From Patescibacteria group bacterium (GTDB lineage: Bacteria; Patescibacteriota; Patescibacteriia; Patescibacteriales; UBA12465): a stretch of 64,000 nucleotides of DNA. Each line of letters starts with the position of its first letter. Positions within the stretch are counted from its first letter, which is position 1. The notes beneath the pieces were generated by a model, which worked only from the letters and a program-made list of their open reading frames with translations, had not been told where the DNA came from and made no database searches. Made by a program: the position numbers and the translations under genes. The DNA lies in contig JBAZKQ010000001.1 of NCBI GenBank assembly GCA_041650715.1, positions 587,146 through 651,145 on the forward strand. The letters run 5' to 3'. Positions 1 to 10,682 of the stretch are shown here, one piece after another.

Positions 1-881
1 GCGCAAATTTTATCAGTAAAATTACTTAAATAATAATTGCGCGGTTCATAATTATTGCTCGCTGATAAACTATCTAATAATTCTGATAGCTCGTTTACGT
101 CTTTAAAAAACGCGCCACAATCAGATGTCAAATATGGAGCGGCTATTTTCTCGTCAACCCAAGAATAGTTTTTAAATTTATAAATCTTATTGTCGAGAAC
201 AAACGTAGGCACATTTTTTGCCCAAGCCTCAACGAGTGCAATGCCCTGAGATTCTGATTCCTGTAAATATATTAGCGCAGAACAATTATCAAGTAAGGAA
301 AAATAATCTTCACGACGAAATTCCCCATAGTTGATTACACTATATTTAATCCCCTTTTCTTTTAATTTATTAATGACAGCTTGAAAAACGTCCATGTTTA
401 TGTTTTTCTTATAAACCAAAATAGAATCTCTTGTTTCATAAGATAAGCTAAAGTCTTTAGCGCCCGCAGCCCAAACTTCTAAACGAGTTGCTAACTCTGG
501 CTTCAAGGATAACCACCAATTTTTTACCCATTCACTCGGTAATAAATATCGATCAATTTCCGAAGAACAAACCAAGGATTCGAATTCATCAGGCGAAACA
601 ACTAAATTTGGACCGGCTATTAACCTTCCTATTTTCCCCTTACGTTTCAATTCTATTGCCCATTGAAGAGCAGAAATACTTTCATTTACATATACAACAT
701 CGTCTTTTTCGATGCTTGTATTAATTTTAAAGGAATAATTTAGTTCATCAAGACCGCGCACCAAACTTGCAATCACGGCTTGCGGCCCGCGCTTCTTTTT
801 TAATATCATTCTCGTTATGCGCTTTAAATACTCTTGAGAAAAATAATTATTTGGTTTTTTTGTTATTATATGGAGGGACAT
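1..881 (-). CDS. Glycosyltransferase-like protein, 3' end runs off the window
   Basis: Manual translation from ATG at 881 gives MSLHIITKKP...RGPQAVIASLVRGL, and near 210-300 YLQESESQGIALVEAWAKNVP (GT-B E-x7-E type motif); follows the GT4 gene with a 1-bp gap. Confidence 0.7.
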   Translation of the reverse strand, partial: MSLHIITKKPNNYFSQEYLKRITRMILKKKRGPQAVIASLVRGLDELNYSFKINTSIEKDDVVYVNESISALQWAIELKRKGKIGRLIAGPNLVVSPDEFESLVCSSEIDRYLLPSEWVKNWWLSLKPELATRLEVWAAGAKDFSLSYETRDSILVYKKNINMDVFQAVINKLKEKGIKYSVINYGEFRREDYFSLLDNCSALIYLQESESQGIALVEAWAKNVPTFVLDNKIYKFKNYSWVDEKIAAPYLTSDCGAFFKDVNELSELLDSLSASNNYEPRNYYLSNFTDKIC

Positions 882-882
882 T

Positions 883-2157
883 TTATTTTAGTGCATTTTT
901 TATTAACAATTCAAAGTCCTTTATACTATTTTTAATTAAAAAAATTTTTTCCGCTTTTTCTTTTGCTCGTTCACCAAACTCAATTAGTTTATTATTATTT
1001 TTTAGATCGGTGAATTCTTTCATAAATGAATAATATTGATCAATATTCCCCTGCTCGGCCACTCGACTAAAACTTTGGTCAAGATATTCTAAATGCGCAT
1101 TCCAAATATGAGAACGATGCGTTATGATCGGCTTTGCACATAGCATTGATTCGGCAATATTTAATCCACACGACTCTCCGTCTTTACGAAAATGAGCTAA
1201 GCAATCAATGGATTGATGGAAAGCCCAAACATCTTCTTCTTTCGCGCTTGTAGGCAAAAAGTGGACGTTAGGTATGTTTTCATCGGTAACTACTTTTTTT
1301 ATTACCGGCATAGGCGACATGATAATATAATGTACGTTACCGACTTCTCTACCTAATTTTTGAAATGCACGTATACCTATTTCATCATATATGTCGTCCG
1401 ATCCCCTGCCAATTCTTCCAAAAACCATATCCTCTTTCTGGATGCCTAATGATTTTCGTAATTTTAATCCAGCATCAGGGGAATCAGGACCGGGTCCTTC
1501 CGAAGGAATATACATAACGCTAATTTTGTTTTCAGGAACTATCGGCCTAATTTTATTTGCGACCGCATTCGAGATACAACAATTATAGACAAAATTTTTC
1601 TGGACATTGAACGAACCAAAAATATTTAACATTATTATCGGGATTTTCTTAATCAAATTTAACGGAAATTCAGTATAACCACTTCCAGTTGAAATAATTA
1701 GGTCAATATTTTCTTTATTTATAATATCAAAAATACTTGGCGATGCATTGTGTATAGTATAAGGATAAGCGGGATCCATTGAAGAGTAATCGAATGGAAT
1801 TAATTTAATATTCTGACCTTCTAAATATTGTTTTCTGCCATCCAATTGTATTTCTAGACCCGTCGCCTTCCGCGGTTTTGGCGAATACATAAAGAATATT
1901 TCATAATCATCTTTGTTTATGTGCTTAGCCAAAATTTGCAGGAATTTTTCTGTACCGCCGAAACTTAATCCTGATGGATGATAAAATAAAATCCTCGGCT
2001 TTTTATTTACCGTGCTTAATTTTAAGTTCGTATTAACGTCCTCTTTCTTAATAGCTTGCCATGATTTGAATGAATACCATTTTTCATAACACAAAGTAAG
2101 ATATCTTTGGATGCTAACTGGCAAACGAGGTAATATTTTTTTTACAAACTTTTTCAT
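883..2157 (-). CDS. Glycosyltransferase family 4 (GT-B)
   Basis: N-terminal FGGTEK motif and C-terminal GESCGLNIAESM motif. Confidence 0.85.
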   Translation of the reverse strand: MKKFVKKILPRLPVSIQRYLTLCYEKWYSFKSWQAIKKEDVNTNLKLSTVNKKPRILFYHPSGLSFGGTEKFLQILAKHINKDDYEIFFMYSPKPRKATGLEIQLDGRKQYLEGQNIKLIPFDYSSMDPAYPYTIHNASPSIFDIINKENIDLIISTGSGYTEFPLNLIKKIPIIMLNIFGSFNVQKNFVYNCCISNAVANKIRPIVPENKISVMYIPSEGPGPDSPDAGLKLRKSLGIQKEDMVFGRIGRGSDDIYDEIGIRAFQKLGREVGNVHYIIMSPMPVIKKVVTDENIPNVHFLPTSAKEEDVWAFHQSIDCLAHFRKDGESCGLNIAESMLCAKPIITHRSHIWNAHLEYLDQSFSRVAEQGNIDQYYSFMKEFTDLKNNNKLIEFGERAKEKAEKIFLIKNSIKDFELLIKNALK

Positions 2158-2171
2158 TAGTATGTAAATAA

Positions 2172-3089
2172 TTAATTATTATCCGAGCTACAAAATTTTA
2201 ATTTATCGAACAGATCAACATGCTTCACCGAATGAATAAACAAAAACATCCGCACTCCATCTATATGTTCTTCGCATTTATACTCTCGGAGACAAGGCCC
2301 ATCAACGATAAATGTCGAGTATCCCAATACCTCAAAATATTTAAAAGTCTCTTCGTAATTTTGATTGATAAATTTCCTGCCGATATTTTTAAGCGAATAG
2401 GCCACCTCCATAAATACAACGGGGAGACCGGTGCTTATCACTTTAAATGCGCCATTTAAAACTTTAAATTCGTGTCCTTCAACGTCTATTTTTATAAAAT
2501 CGGGTTGAGGAATTTTTTCCTCTAGAACAAGATCGTCAAGCTTGCACAGTTGAACCTCTCGTTTAGGCGCATTAATATCACCTAAAAAATTTTCATCAAA
2601 ACTTGTCCCTGACCCCGCAGTAAAAATAATATCAGTTTTATTTATATCGCTTAACGCTATTAAATGGCTCGTTAAACTATCATCCAGTCTGTTTAAACGA
2701 ACAGATTCATTAAGACAAGAAATATGCTCAACTAAGGGTTCAAACGAGTGCACTTTGATATTACCGCGGCCGAGCCAAGCGGCAACAATTCCATAGTACC
2801 CAGTATTCGCACCAATATCATAGAAAACCTGCTTCTCTGATTTTACCAAATTAGTTTCCAAAATCTGTTTAACAATATCCGTTTCTTCTGGTTCAACAAA
2901 GCCATTATTGGCAATTCCGTAGGCTATGTCAGATTGATCAAAAATATTGCCTACATACCAAAAGCCCAATTCGCTTTTGACTGCTGTTTTTCCCAAGGAG
3001 TTGTATTTATTTTTATTATAATAAATAACCGTCTTTTTTGTGACTAAACAAATAAGGTTTAAAAATTTAAATAGTAATTTTTTTATCAT
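2172..3089 (-). CDS. FkbM-family SAM-dependent methyltransferase
   Basis: FYDIGANTGYY, SFEP and FIKIDVEGHE motifs. Confidence 0.92.
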   Translation of the reverse strand: MIKKLLFKFLNLICLVTKKTVIYYNKNKYNSLGKTAVKSELGFWYVGNIFDQSDIAYGIANNGFVEPEETDIVKQILETNLVKSEKQVFYDIGANTGYYGIVAAWLGRGNIKVHSFEPLVEHISCLNESVRLNRLDDSLTSHLIALSDINKTDIIFTAGSGTSFDENFLGDINAPKREVQLCKLDDLVLEEKIPQPDFIKIDVEGHEFKVLNGAFKVISTGLPVVFMEVAYSLKNIGRKFINQNYEETFKYFEVLGYSTFIVDGPCLREYKCEEHIDGVRMFLFIHSVKHVDLFDKLKFCSSDNN

Positions 3090-4027
3090 ATTTTGAAATT
3101 AATTATTAAATTTTTTAAATTATTAATTATTACTATTACTTTAAAAAACGTTTTTGCCTTCGGTTTTCTGCCTGTTTTTTCAACAAACATGTCATGTAGT
3201 TTTTTAATGTCCCATATTTGCAGTGGCTCAAAAAAAGTAATTCCATATTTATCAAACCGGGAAAGTATTTCAACATAACGCCAGTCTTTCTCTTCTGAAT
3301 ATTCAAGAGTATCAACACTTACGCCATTCAACCATTCTTCGTTAATATCTTCGATTTGTAATTTATCAGTATTTGAAACGGAGTATTTATGATTAATTTT
3401 TTTTACTTGTGTGGGAGAGGCAATGAGCTCATTGCATCGATACCACGCCTGTTTAACAATATATCTTTCGTAAGAAATCGATTGTATATGCAGAAGCGGA
3501 TACTTGGCAATGTGTAATATTTTCGAGACTTGGGGGATTCTTGATGTGTGATCATTGATTACGAATTCTCTCTTATAATCAATCATTCGGTCATCATAGA
3601 ACCCGGCAACTTTAATATTATTACGCCAAACACCATCCACTCTATGCGTTTTCATTGATCCCCAAATTTGTATCCACTGAAAAGAAACCCCCATGCCAGG
3701 AAATAAAATATTATTAGAGATAAGTGTCTTAATTTCTCCAATAAATTTAGGGGATATTATTTCATCGGCGTCAATACAAAAAATAAAATTATTACCTTCT
3801 ATTTTTCTTGCCTCGTCAAGCAGCGCCCATCTTACCGAGTTACTATGTCCTTCGCTATTATTAATTACAACTCTAACCTTATCAAATTTTTTACAAATCT
3901 CTAGAGAACGGTCAGTCGATTGCTGGTCCGCAATAATTACATGGTCAGAAAAAGAACAAACATTTTCAAGAGTCTGCTCGAGAATCCAATCTTCATTTTT
4001 TATTGGAATGAGAGTTATTATTTTCAT
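3086..4027 (-). CDS. Glycosyltransferase family 2
   Basis: IPIKNE, DQQSTDRS and CIDADE motifs. Confidence 0.88.
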   Translation of the reverse strand: MKIITLIPIKNEDWILEQTLENVCSFSDHVIIADQQSTDRSLEICKKFDKVRVVINNSEGHSNSVRWALLDEARKIEGNNFIFCIDADEIISPKFIGEIKTLISNNILFPGMGVSFQWIQIWGSMKTHRVDGVWRNNIKVAGFYDDRMIDYKREFVINDHTSRIPQVSKILHIAKYPLLHIQSISYERYIVKQAWYRCNELIASPTQVKKINHKYSVSNTDKLQIEDINEEWLNGVSVDTLEYSEEKDWRYVEILSRFDKYGITFFEPLQIWDIKKLHDMFVEKTGRKPKAKTFFKVIVIINNLKNLIINFKI

Positions 4028-4729
4028 TTAATTATTTCTTTTTATTATAATAGAGTTTTCCTCTTGCTGTAACTCGTCCTTTCGACCACTTAAGCCACTG
4101 CCATCGTTAGTAAAAACGCCAGCTATTTCTTTCGACAAATAAAAATCAGAATGCTGAGCAGCCCGAGCTTGCCATTCATAATCTCCGGCTATTTTAAAAC
4201 TATCATCGAAGGGCCCAACTTTATAAAAAAACTCTTTACGAAAAATAAAAAATGGACCAATTTGCATTTCCTTCTTAAATTTTTCCCTGCTGAATAAGGA
4301 TGGCGTAATCAAAACTCTTTTTACTAATATAGACAGCGATAAAATTTTAACAAAACGCTTGTATATAAATGGGAAATACACCAGGTCTTTACCATCTTCG
4401 ATTGCTTTCACGCCTCTTAAAATTGCTCTTGAAAAACGTTCGTCATCAACATTCCAAAAACCAATAATATCTCCTTCGGCAAGGCCCACTCCTCTATTCC
4501 AAGTTGCATATAAAGATTCCCTGGTTATTTCGTAATAACGGAAGTATTTATTTTCAGACAAAAAAGCACGCAAAAGTTTTTTTTCAAACTCCGATGGATC
4601 ATTGGCTATTGCTATTATTTCAAAATCAGTATTTTCTCGCTTTAAATTTAACGAAAAATCTTTTACTCGTTTTAAGTATTTTTGCAAATATTTTTCAGAG
4701 TGATAAATTGAGGTAATTAATGAAACCAT
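4028..4729 (-). CDS. Glycosyltransferase family 2
   Basis: LYATWNRG, FWNVDD and FDDSFKIAGDYEW motifs. Confidence 0.88.
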   Translation of the reverse strand: MVSLITSIYHSEKYLQKYLKRVKDFSLNLKRENTDFEIIAIANDPSEFEKKLLRAFLSENKYFRYYEITRESLYATWNRGVGLAEGDIIGFWNVDDERFSRAILRGVKAIEDGKDLVYFPFIYKRFVKILSLSILVKRVLITPSLFSREKFKKEMQIGPFFIFRKEFFYKVGPFDDSFKIAGDYEWQARAAQHSDFYLSKEIAGVFTNDGSGLSGRKDELQQEENSIIIKRNN

Positions 4730-4768
4730 ATTCTCCTATCAAATTTAATAACACTAAATAGTATTTAT

Positions 4769-5635
4769 TCAACTCAAATGTTTTAAAAATTTTTTTATTT
4801 TTTTTAGAAACAGCATAATTACTATTACAACATAACTTAATATACCTAGCAGTTCATTACTATTGCCAAAACGCCCGATAAACTCAAGTTTACTATAATT
4901 CATTCGAAAATTCCAAATATACTGATCCTTATCCTCATGCCTATTACAATCAAAATATTTTACATCCTCAACAACCAATTCTTTAATATGCTTAATCAAA
5001 ATTAAACTTAATAGCGTGGTGTCATGTCTAAACATTTTTGCCTCTCTAACAAAATCAGTGCGGTTCACTCCTTTGTTTTTCCATTGTTCAGTCGGGGAAA
5101 ACCCCAAACATAGACCTGACTTTCCGGACGAGTACAAAATATTTGTAATATTTTTTAATTTATTACTGCGATCAAAACCAAAAATTCCAGCCGTTATTAT
5201 TTCTCTATCCGAATCTGATTCATTCATTCCAAATAAATCCATATATTCTTTCGGCGTAATGTCGGCAATATGTACTGTTCTTCCTTGGCTAACTGCTAAA
5301 TATCCATTAACCTCAATTTTTACAAATAAATCATCAAGTGGCCTAAGGACTTGATTGCCTGCATCTAAATATAGGTTTTGTTCAGCGAGAGGAGTGTTCA
5401 AAATATATGTTTTCCATGTATAGCATGACCGCCAAAATTCACAAAATTTTGGTATTTTTAAAACCTTTACATTATCCATTCTTTCAAGCTCTTTTTTGAA
5501 AAGATATAATAAGCCCAAATCATAAACGTAAATTGGTGGATGGTCTGGATAATTGACCTTCATTGACCCTATTAAATTTATTAGGGACGGAAAAAATTTA
5601 TTTGAGGCCGTTGTTATAATGCATTTTGTGATCAT
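4769..5635 (-). CDS. Putative GT-A fold glycosyltransferase
   Basis: VYDLGL, YTWK, LYLDAG (DxD-like) and FRHD motifs; located in the polysaccharide operon. Confidence 0.6.
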   Translation of the reverse strand: MITKCIITTASNKFFPSLINLIGSMKVNYPDHPPIYVYDLGLLYLFKKELERMDNVKVLKIPKFCEFWRSCYTWKTYILNTPLAEQNLYLDAGNQVLRPLDDLFVKIEVNGYLAVSQGRTVHIADITPKEYMDLFGMNESDSDREIITAGIFGFDRSNKLKNITNILYSSGKSGLCLGFSPTEQWKNKGVNRTDFVREAKMFRHDTTLLSLILIKHIKELVVEDVKYFDCNRHEDKDQYIWNFRMNYSKLEFIGRFGNSNELLGILSYVVIVIMLFLKKIKKFLKHLS

Positions 5636-5638
5636 ATA

Positions 5639-6961
5639 TTAAGTAATGAACACTATCTTTATAATATTTTTTCTGGTTTTACTAAATAGTAATATGCTTA
5701 TAGGCCCCAGTGAATAAGAAATTAAAGTCGCCCAGGCCGACCCAATTATTCCATAACGCGGAATAAATACAATATTTAAAATCACATTACTAATCATGGC
5801 AATAAAAGACGACGCAAAAAGTATTTTTCTGAAATTTTCGGCTACTAAATAGCTATTAATGAGACTTCCAACTGATACCCCAACACCCGCCCAAATATAT
5901 ATTTTCAAAATTATAATACTTCCAATGAAAGCTTCCCCATACAAAATCTTGATTATTAATGGTGCTAAAAAAGTAATTGGAATAGCGACAAACACAGCCA
6001 AAAGTAATAACAGCATCATTAATTTTCGCAATCTTTTAAGATATTGCTCTTTTGAGCCCATTTTGGCATTTATTATAGCTGGAAAAAGCGAGGTAACAAT
6101 TATTCCAGGGACAAAGTACCACGCCTCGGCAACTCGAACGGCCGCATCGTATAAACCTACCGAGCTCGCATCAATCATTTGTTTTATCATGACCTGATCG
6201 ATGCGTGAATAAATCAAAGCAAAGGCACTGGCAAAAATCATCGGCCAAGAGTCTCTGATTAAATTCCGAGCAATAATTTTATCATATTTCCAGTCTAAAA
6301 TGCTGCTTTTTATCTTAGTTTTATAAATAACGATAAAAAAAACAGCGTAAAGAACGGACTCAAGCAAAAGAATTAAAGCTAAATAAATTACCCCCCGTCC
6401 GGACACAATTACGAGAATTTTGAGAAGGCTCAGAATTAATACAACCAAAAGCGAAACAAGCGAAGGATATTTTGAGTTAACTCTGGCCTGAAATTCATAA
6501 TTAATAACCTGGAAGGCATTAAAAAGAAAGGTCGAAGAAATAATAAATATTAAAATGCTTGAGACATCTTTTTGGCTGAACAAAAGAGCTACTCCTAAAC
6601 ATAGCGCTATTGTGAATGAACCGGCAATTAATTTAATTATAAAAGCTGAACCAAGAAAAATATTTTTCTTTTCCGGATATTTAATCAAATCACGAAAAAG
6701 CACTTGATCAAGACCCAGAGTTGCAATAAATGAAAATATACCGACAAAACTTACGGCGTAACTCAACTGGCCATAATTTTCCGGGCCAAGACGACGAGCA
6801 ATGAACGCAGTAGTTAAAAAAGATATAATAAGACTTAAAATCTTTGCAAAAAACATCCACCCCGTGTTCTTGAAATACTTACGAAAACCCTCATGGTCTA
6901 AAATCCACTTCCATTTCTGTGGGACAAGGCGATTTATTTTGTTTAAACTTGCATCAATCAT
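5639..6961 (-). CDS. wzx: Wzx-type polysaccharide flippase
   Basis: Many TM segments, ARRLGPENYGQLSYA, RIDQVMI...VGLYDAAVR, LIPRYG-like C-terminus. Confidence 0.9.
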   Translation of the reverse strand: MIDASLNKINRLVPQKWKWILDHEGFRKYFKNTGWMFFAKILSLIISFLTTAFIARRLGPENYGQLSYAVSFVGIFSFIATLGLDQVLFRDLIKYPEKKNIFLGSAFIIKLIAGSFTIALCLGVALLFSQKDVSSILIFIISSTFLFNAFQVINYEFQARVNSKYPSLVSLLVVLILSLLKILVIVSGRGVIYLALILLLESVLYAVFFIVIYKTKIKSSILDWKYDKIIARNLIRDSWPMIFASAFALIYSRIDQVMIKQMIDASSVGLYDAAVRVAEAWYFVPGIIVTSLFPAIINAKMGSKEQYLKRLRKLMMLLLLLAVFVAIPITFLAPLIIKILYGEAFIGSIIILKIYIWAGVGVSVGSLINSYLVAENFRKILFASSFIAMISNVILNIVFIPRYGIIGSAWATLISYSLGPISILLFSKTRKNIIKIVFIT

Positions 6962-6979
6962 GCTATTAAAAAACCAGCT

Positions 6980-7228
6980 TTACCAATCGCTGGTCTTCTC
7001 AATTACTTTATTTTTTAAATTCAAATACGCACTCACCGCCTTCTCCTCGACGACAGGTGAGACTAACTTTAAAATCTCTAAGCCCAAGATGCGATATTGC
7101 TTCCCGACTTTATTGGCTTTAAGAATACCCTTCTTCAGCATACGCTTCAGGGTGCTATTGCTGATTTTAAGGAGAGCTTCCGTCTCACTCGTCGTATAAA
7201 CGGCATTAGGCTTGATTTCTTGGCTCAT
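6980..7228 (-). CDS. Small helix-turn-helix DNA-binding protein (HTH_17, BldC/Xis-like)
   Basis: VYTTSETEALLKISNSTLKRMLKKGILKANKVGKQYRI pattern; first gene of the polysaccharide operon. Confidence 0.85.
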   Translation of the reverse strand: MSQEIKPNAVYTTSETEALLKISNSTLKRMLKKGILKANKVGKQYRILGLEILKLVSPVVEEKAVSAYLNLKNKVIEKTSDW

Positions 7229-7254
7229 AATTAAGCTTTAATACTAATACCCTT

Positions 7255-7307
7255 AGTATAAACCCCGCCGATAAACAGGTCAATAGGGGTCAATAAGGGT
7301 CAAAATT
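7255..7307 (-). promoter_or_regulatory. Sigma70 promoter overlapped by three 10-bp direct repeats
   Basis: Minus strand TTGACC (7283-7278), 17 bp, TATACT (7260-7255); plus-strand repeats GGTCAATAGG/GGTCAATAAG/GGTCAAAATT at 7278, 7288, 7298. Confidence 0.75.
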
Positions 7308-7416
7308 GGCATTAAATTTATCTAAAATTCCTGCGTATTACTTCTTAGTAGCGAGGCTGCCGATTTTTAAGATGCGCAGGAACGATACTATCTAATCAAT
7401 TTAAACCCAAAACTAT

Positions 7417-7980
7417 ATGAAAACGATAAAAATACTCGGTATTGTCGGTTCTTTACGCAAAGATTCCTATAACCTGGCCCTTCTAAAAGCGGCGCAAAAT
7501 CTATTGCCGCCGAACACAGAGCTTGAAATCTTCTCGCCGGCCAAGTTGCCTCTATTTGACCAAGACGGTGAAATGCAGCCGACTCCGGCCGTCATCGATT
7601 TAAAAAATAAAATCAGAAACGCTGACGCGATTCTTTTTTCCAGCCCGGAATATAATTATTCCATCCCCGGAGTTTTAAAAAACGCGATTGATCTCGCTTC
7701 CCGCCCCTACGGCGATAGCGCCTGGGCCGGTAAGCCGGCGGCGATTATGGGCGCTTCAATCGGCAATGTCGCGACCGCGCGCATGCAATATCATTTGCGC
7801 CAAGTGATGGTCTTCCTTGATATGCACCCGCTTAATCGGCCGGAAGTTATGGTCGCTATGGCCCAAAATAAAACTAATGAGAACGGCGAATTAACGGACG
7901 ATGAAACCAAAACAAAAATTTCGGAAATGCTCGTCGCGCTGGTAGATTGGACCAAAAAATTGGCTTCCCTTTCCGCTTAA
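7417..7980 (+). CDS. NADPH-dependent FMN reductase
   Basis: GSLRKDSYN and SPEYNYSIPGVLKNAID motifs. Confidence 0.93.
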   Translation: MKTIKILGIVGSLRKDSYNLALLKAAQNLLPPNTELEIFSPAKLPLFDQDGEMQPTPAVIDLKNKIRNADAILFSSPEYNYSIPGVLKNAIDLASRPYGDSAWAGKPAAIMGASIGNVATARMQYHLRQVMVFLDMHPLNRPEVMVAMAQNKTNENGELTDDETKTKISEMLVALVDWTKKLASLSA

Positions 7981-9068
7981 TGTAAGTATATCCGTCTATA
8001 TTCTTCAACCATTTCCTCAGAAGCGAAGCGCTTGGCTTCGCTTTTTGGCATATGGACACTCTTTAGTTTCTCTAAAAACTCCTCTTGATTATCAAGGGCA
8101 AAGCAATTCTCCGCGCCGATTATCTCCTCGTTCCCGCCTACTCGGCTTGCGAGCGCCGGAATTCCGGCCACAACCGCTTCCATTAAGCTTAAAGACATCC
8201 CTTCAAAAATAGAGGGCAGCACGAATAAATCAAAAGCCTTGAGATAGCGACTGGCGTCTTTTATTTCTCCCAAGAGATAAACTTCTTTTTCCAGGCGATA
8301 TGATTTAATTAAAGTTTCATATTTCGCCCGCTCCGGCCCTTCGCCAATCAGGATTAACTTCGCTTCCGGCTGCAGTTTTTTTATTTCAATATGCGAATTA
8401 ATCAAAAATTCATAGTTCTTCGGATAAGCCAGGCGGCCGATCGAGCCATAAATATAACTCGTACTCAAATCTATGCCGCTTTTTTCACTTAGAAACGCGC
8501 GCGCGGCCTCAGGCTCTGAAAAATAACCCGCCGCCTGATCAAGCCCGTTATATATTATTTCGCCTTTTTTCGTTAGTCCCTGCTTGAGGGCACTTGCGTA
8601 GTTTAGGCGGCTCACAAAAACTAAACGCTCAACTTTTTCCCAGGCAGATTTAAAAAATAAGCGGTAGGCGGATTTAAGCAAAATATTTGTATGGTGGTTA
8701 GCGTCTAAAAAAGATAAACCGTGCACGGTAAAAATGATTTTTACTTTTGGTCTTAATGCGGCCAAGCGCCAAACGCCGAACAAAGTATTGGTGCTATTTA
8801 AATGCACAACATCAAATTTTTCGGCGCCGACATAAGCCTTAAGTTCGGCCAGAAATTTGAAAATTTTAAAGGGATTATAGCTGCGCGCCAGATTTTTGAA
8901 GCGATAGAACGGAATACTCGCCGCCGCCAAGGACTCGGGCAAGAATTCGCCCGGTCCTCCGGCCACAAAGACTTCTTCCCCGCTCGCTTTTAGTCCCCGG
9001 GCTAAATTAAGCGCAAAAACCTGCGCTCCGCCCATTTCCGACCTCGTCACGACAATTAATATTTTCAT
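7977..9068 (-). CDS. Glycosyltransferase family 4
   Basis: GGAQ, IGRL..PKN, LPSIFEGMSLSLMEA motifs. Confidence 0.92.
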   Translation of the reverse strand: MKILIVVTRSEMGGAQVFALNLARGLKASGEEVFVAGGPGEFLPESLAAASIPFYRFKNLARSYNPFKIFKFLAELKAYVGAEKFDVVHLNSTNTLFGVWRLAALRPKVKIIFTVHGLSFLDANHHTNILLKSAYRLFFKSAWEKVERLVFVSRLNYASALKQGLTKKGEIIYNGLDQAAGYFSEPEAARAFLSEKSGIDLSTSYIYGSIGRLAYPKNYEFLINSHIEIKKLQPEAKLILIGEGPERAKYETLIKSYRLEKEVYLLGEIKDASRYLKAFDLFVLPSIFEGMSLSLMEAVVAGIPALASRVGGNEEIIGAENCFALDNQEEFLEKLKSVHMPKSEAKRFASEEMVEEYRRIYLH

Positions 9069-9152
9069 ATTTTAATTATGATGATATTTTTCTTTTCTTT
9101 ATTATAGCATCTTTGCCTTAAAATCTGCTATAATATAGCTTAGAAATAATAT

Positions 9153-9962
9153 ATGAATCATAAGTTAGATTTTTTTCTCTTAATCTTAGGGCGCTTCGGC
9201 TGGCTGGGCAACTGGCTGTTTTTGTTTATTGCCCTGGCCGAATGTGTCCCTTTTGTCGGCGGTATTTTCCCGGGCGGCACCCTAATATTCATCGCCGGCA
9301 TCTTGGCCGCCCAGGGTTATTTCCATGTGGGCGACGTGATTTTCTTTGCCTTTGCCGGGGCTCTCATCGGCGACTACTCCGGTTATTTCCTCGGCCGCTG
9401 GGGCGGCAATTGGTTCCGCCGCAAAAAATTTATTAAAGAGGAGCTCATTGCCAAAGGCGAAAACTTTTTCAATAAATACGGAGCTCCCAGTATTTTTTGG
9501 GGTCGCTTCATCGGCGCGACCCGCGCCATCGTTCCTTTCGTCGCCGGTACTACTCGCCTCAAGCCTTGGGTATTCTTTTCCTGGAACCTGGCCGGAGCGA
9601 TCGGCTGGGCCTTTAGCCATGTTTTGCTCGGCTACTTTTCCGGAAACATTATTGCGATAATTATCAAAAAATGGTCCGGACGCTTAAGCCTGATTATTAT
9701 TCTCGCCGTGGCCGCTTTCTTTATTTACTGGTTAATCCGTAAGCACCACCAAAATATTTGGTTATATTATATACGCTTGAGCCAAAAATTTACTATTTAT
9801 TTATTTTCCCGCGCCTGGTTTAAAAAACTGGCGAAGGATTATCCGGTCGTTGCTGAATTTTTTCAAACCCGCATCGGTCAGGAAAGAGTTTTCGGCGGCT
9901 TTCTCGGATTCGTAATTTTAATTGTCCTTTATGTTCTCGTCTTTATTCTTGATTTGATTTGA
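9153..9962 (+). CDS. DedA family membrane protein
   Basis: AECVPFVGGIFPG, GALIGDYSGYFLGR, GRFIGATR motifs. Confidence 0.9.
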   Translation: MNHKLDFFLLILGRFGWLGNWLFLFIALAECVPFVGGIFPGGTLIFIAGILAAQGYFHVGDVIFFAFAGALIGDYSGYFLGRWGGNWFRRKKFIKEELIAKGENFFNKYGAPSIFWGRFIGATRAIVPFVAGTTRLKPWVFFSWNLAGAIGWAFSHVLLGYFSGNIIAIIIKKWSGRLSLIIILAVAAFFIYWLIRKHHQNIWLYYIRLSQKFTIYLFSRAWFKKLAKDYPVVAEFFQTRIGQERVFGGFLGFVILIVLYVLVFILDLI

Positions 9963-10016
9963 GTACATTTTCCTTCGCTTTTATTTACCCGCTGCGGACA
10001 ACTTTCCGTAAACGGA

Positions 10017-10042
10017 AAAAAAACACCTTTCGGTGTTTTTTT
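10017..10042. terminator. Bidirectional intrinsic terminator
   Basis: A-tract, CACC-TTTC-GGTG hairpin, T-tract between convergent genes. Confidence 0.75.
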
Positions 10043-10069
10043 ATTTATCAAGTCTTAAAATGAATTCTC

Positions 10070-10597
10070 TTAAATTAGGGTACAGTATTGGCTGCGCAAA
10101 TTATCTTGCTGCGCTCTGAGATCTCCTTGGTCTGCCGCCCCGTCAAGGCCGAGAAAATGGTTTAGGATATCGACGCTGATTAGGCTTTTCGGCAGACTGC
10201 AGGACATCCCCGAGTTAATCAGGACGCCGTCTTTATAAAAACCACCCTGATAATAGCAATTAGTTCCGGCCGGCCCGACGACGCTAAAAATATAGTCGCC
10301 GCCGTTCGCCTTGGTCTTAAATTCAGCCGGTTGGCATTTCGTAAATGAGCTCATTAAACATGTTTTATCGCTTCCGCAATTACGGACCAAGCCGTCGTCG
10401 CCCGAATCAGTAATATTCGGTTCGCTGGCCGTACCCGTGGCCTTATTCGTAACCGCATCAATGGTTCCGACCTCAGTCACCGCCGGGCTTACGGACGAAT
10501 CGCTTACCGGCGTAAAATCGACCTTCTTGGGCGTGCAGGCGCTCAAAGTTAAAACCAGAAACGGCAATATAATCGGCATTAATATGGCTTTTTTCAT
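10070..10597 (-). CDS. Hypothetical Cys-containing lipoprotein
   Basis: Signal peptide with lipobox LSAC; several paired Cys. Confidence 0.7.
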   Translation of the reverse strand: MKKAILMPIILPFLVLTLSACTPKKVDFTPVSDSSVSPAVTEVGTIDAVTNKATGTASEPNITDSGDDGLVRNCGSDKTCLMSSFTKCQPAEFKTKANGGDYIFSVVGPAGTNCYYQGGFYKDGVLINSGMSCSLPKSLISVDILNHFLGLDGAADQGDLRAQQDNLRSQYCTLI

Positions 10598-10682
10598 ATA
10601 TTTATACAGCTATTATTTGATAAAAATTAATCTTCCTTAATTATATCAAATAATAGACAAAAATACATGGATTATAAGCTCT

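Noticed and set aside
6980-7228. Excisionase of an integrated element
   Set aside because: No integrase or att site nearby; it is the first gene of the glycan operon
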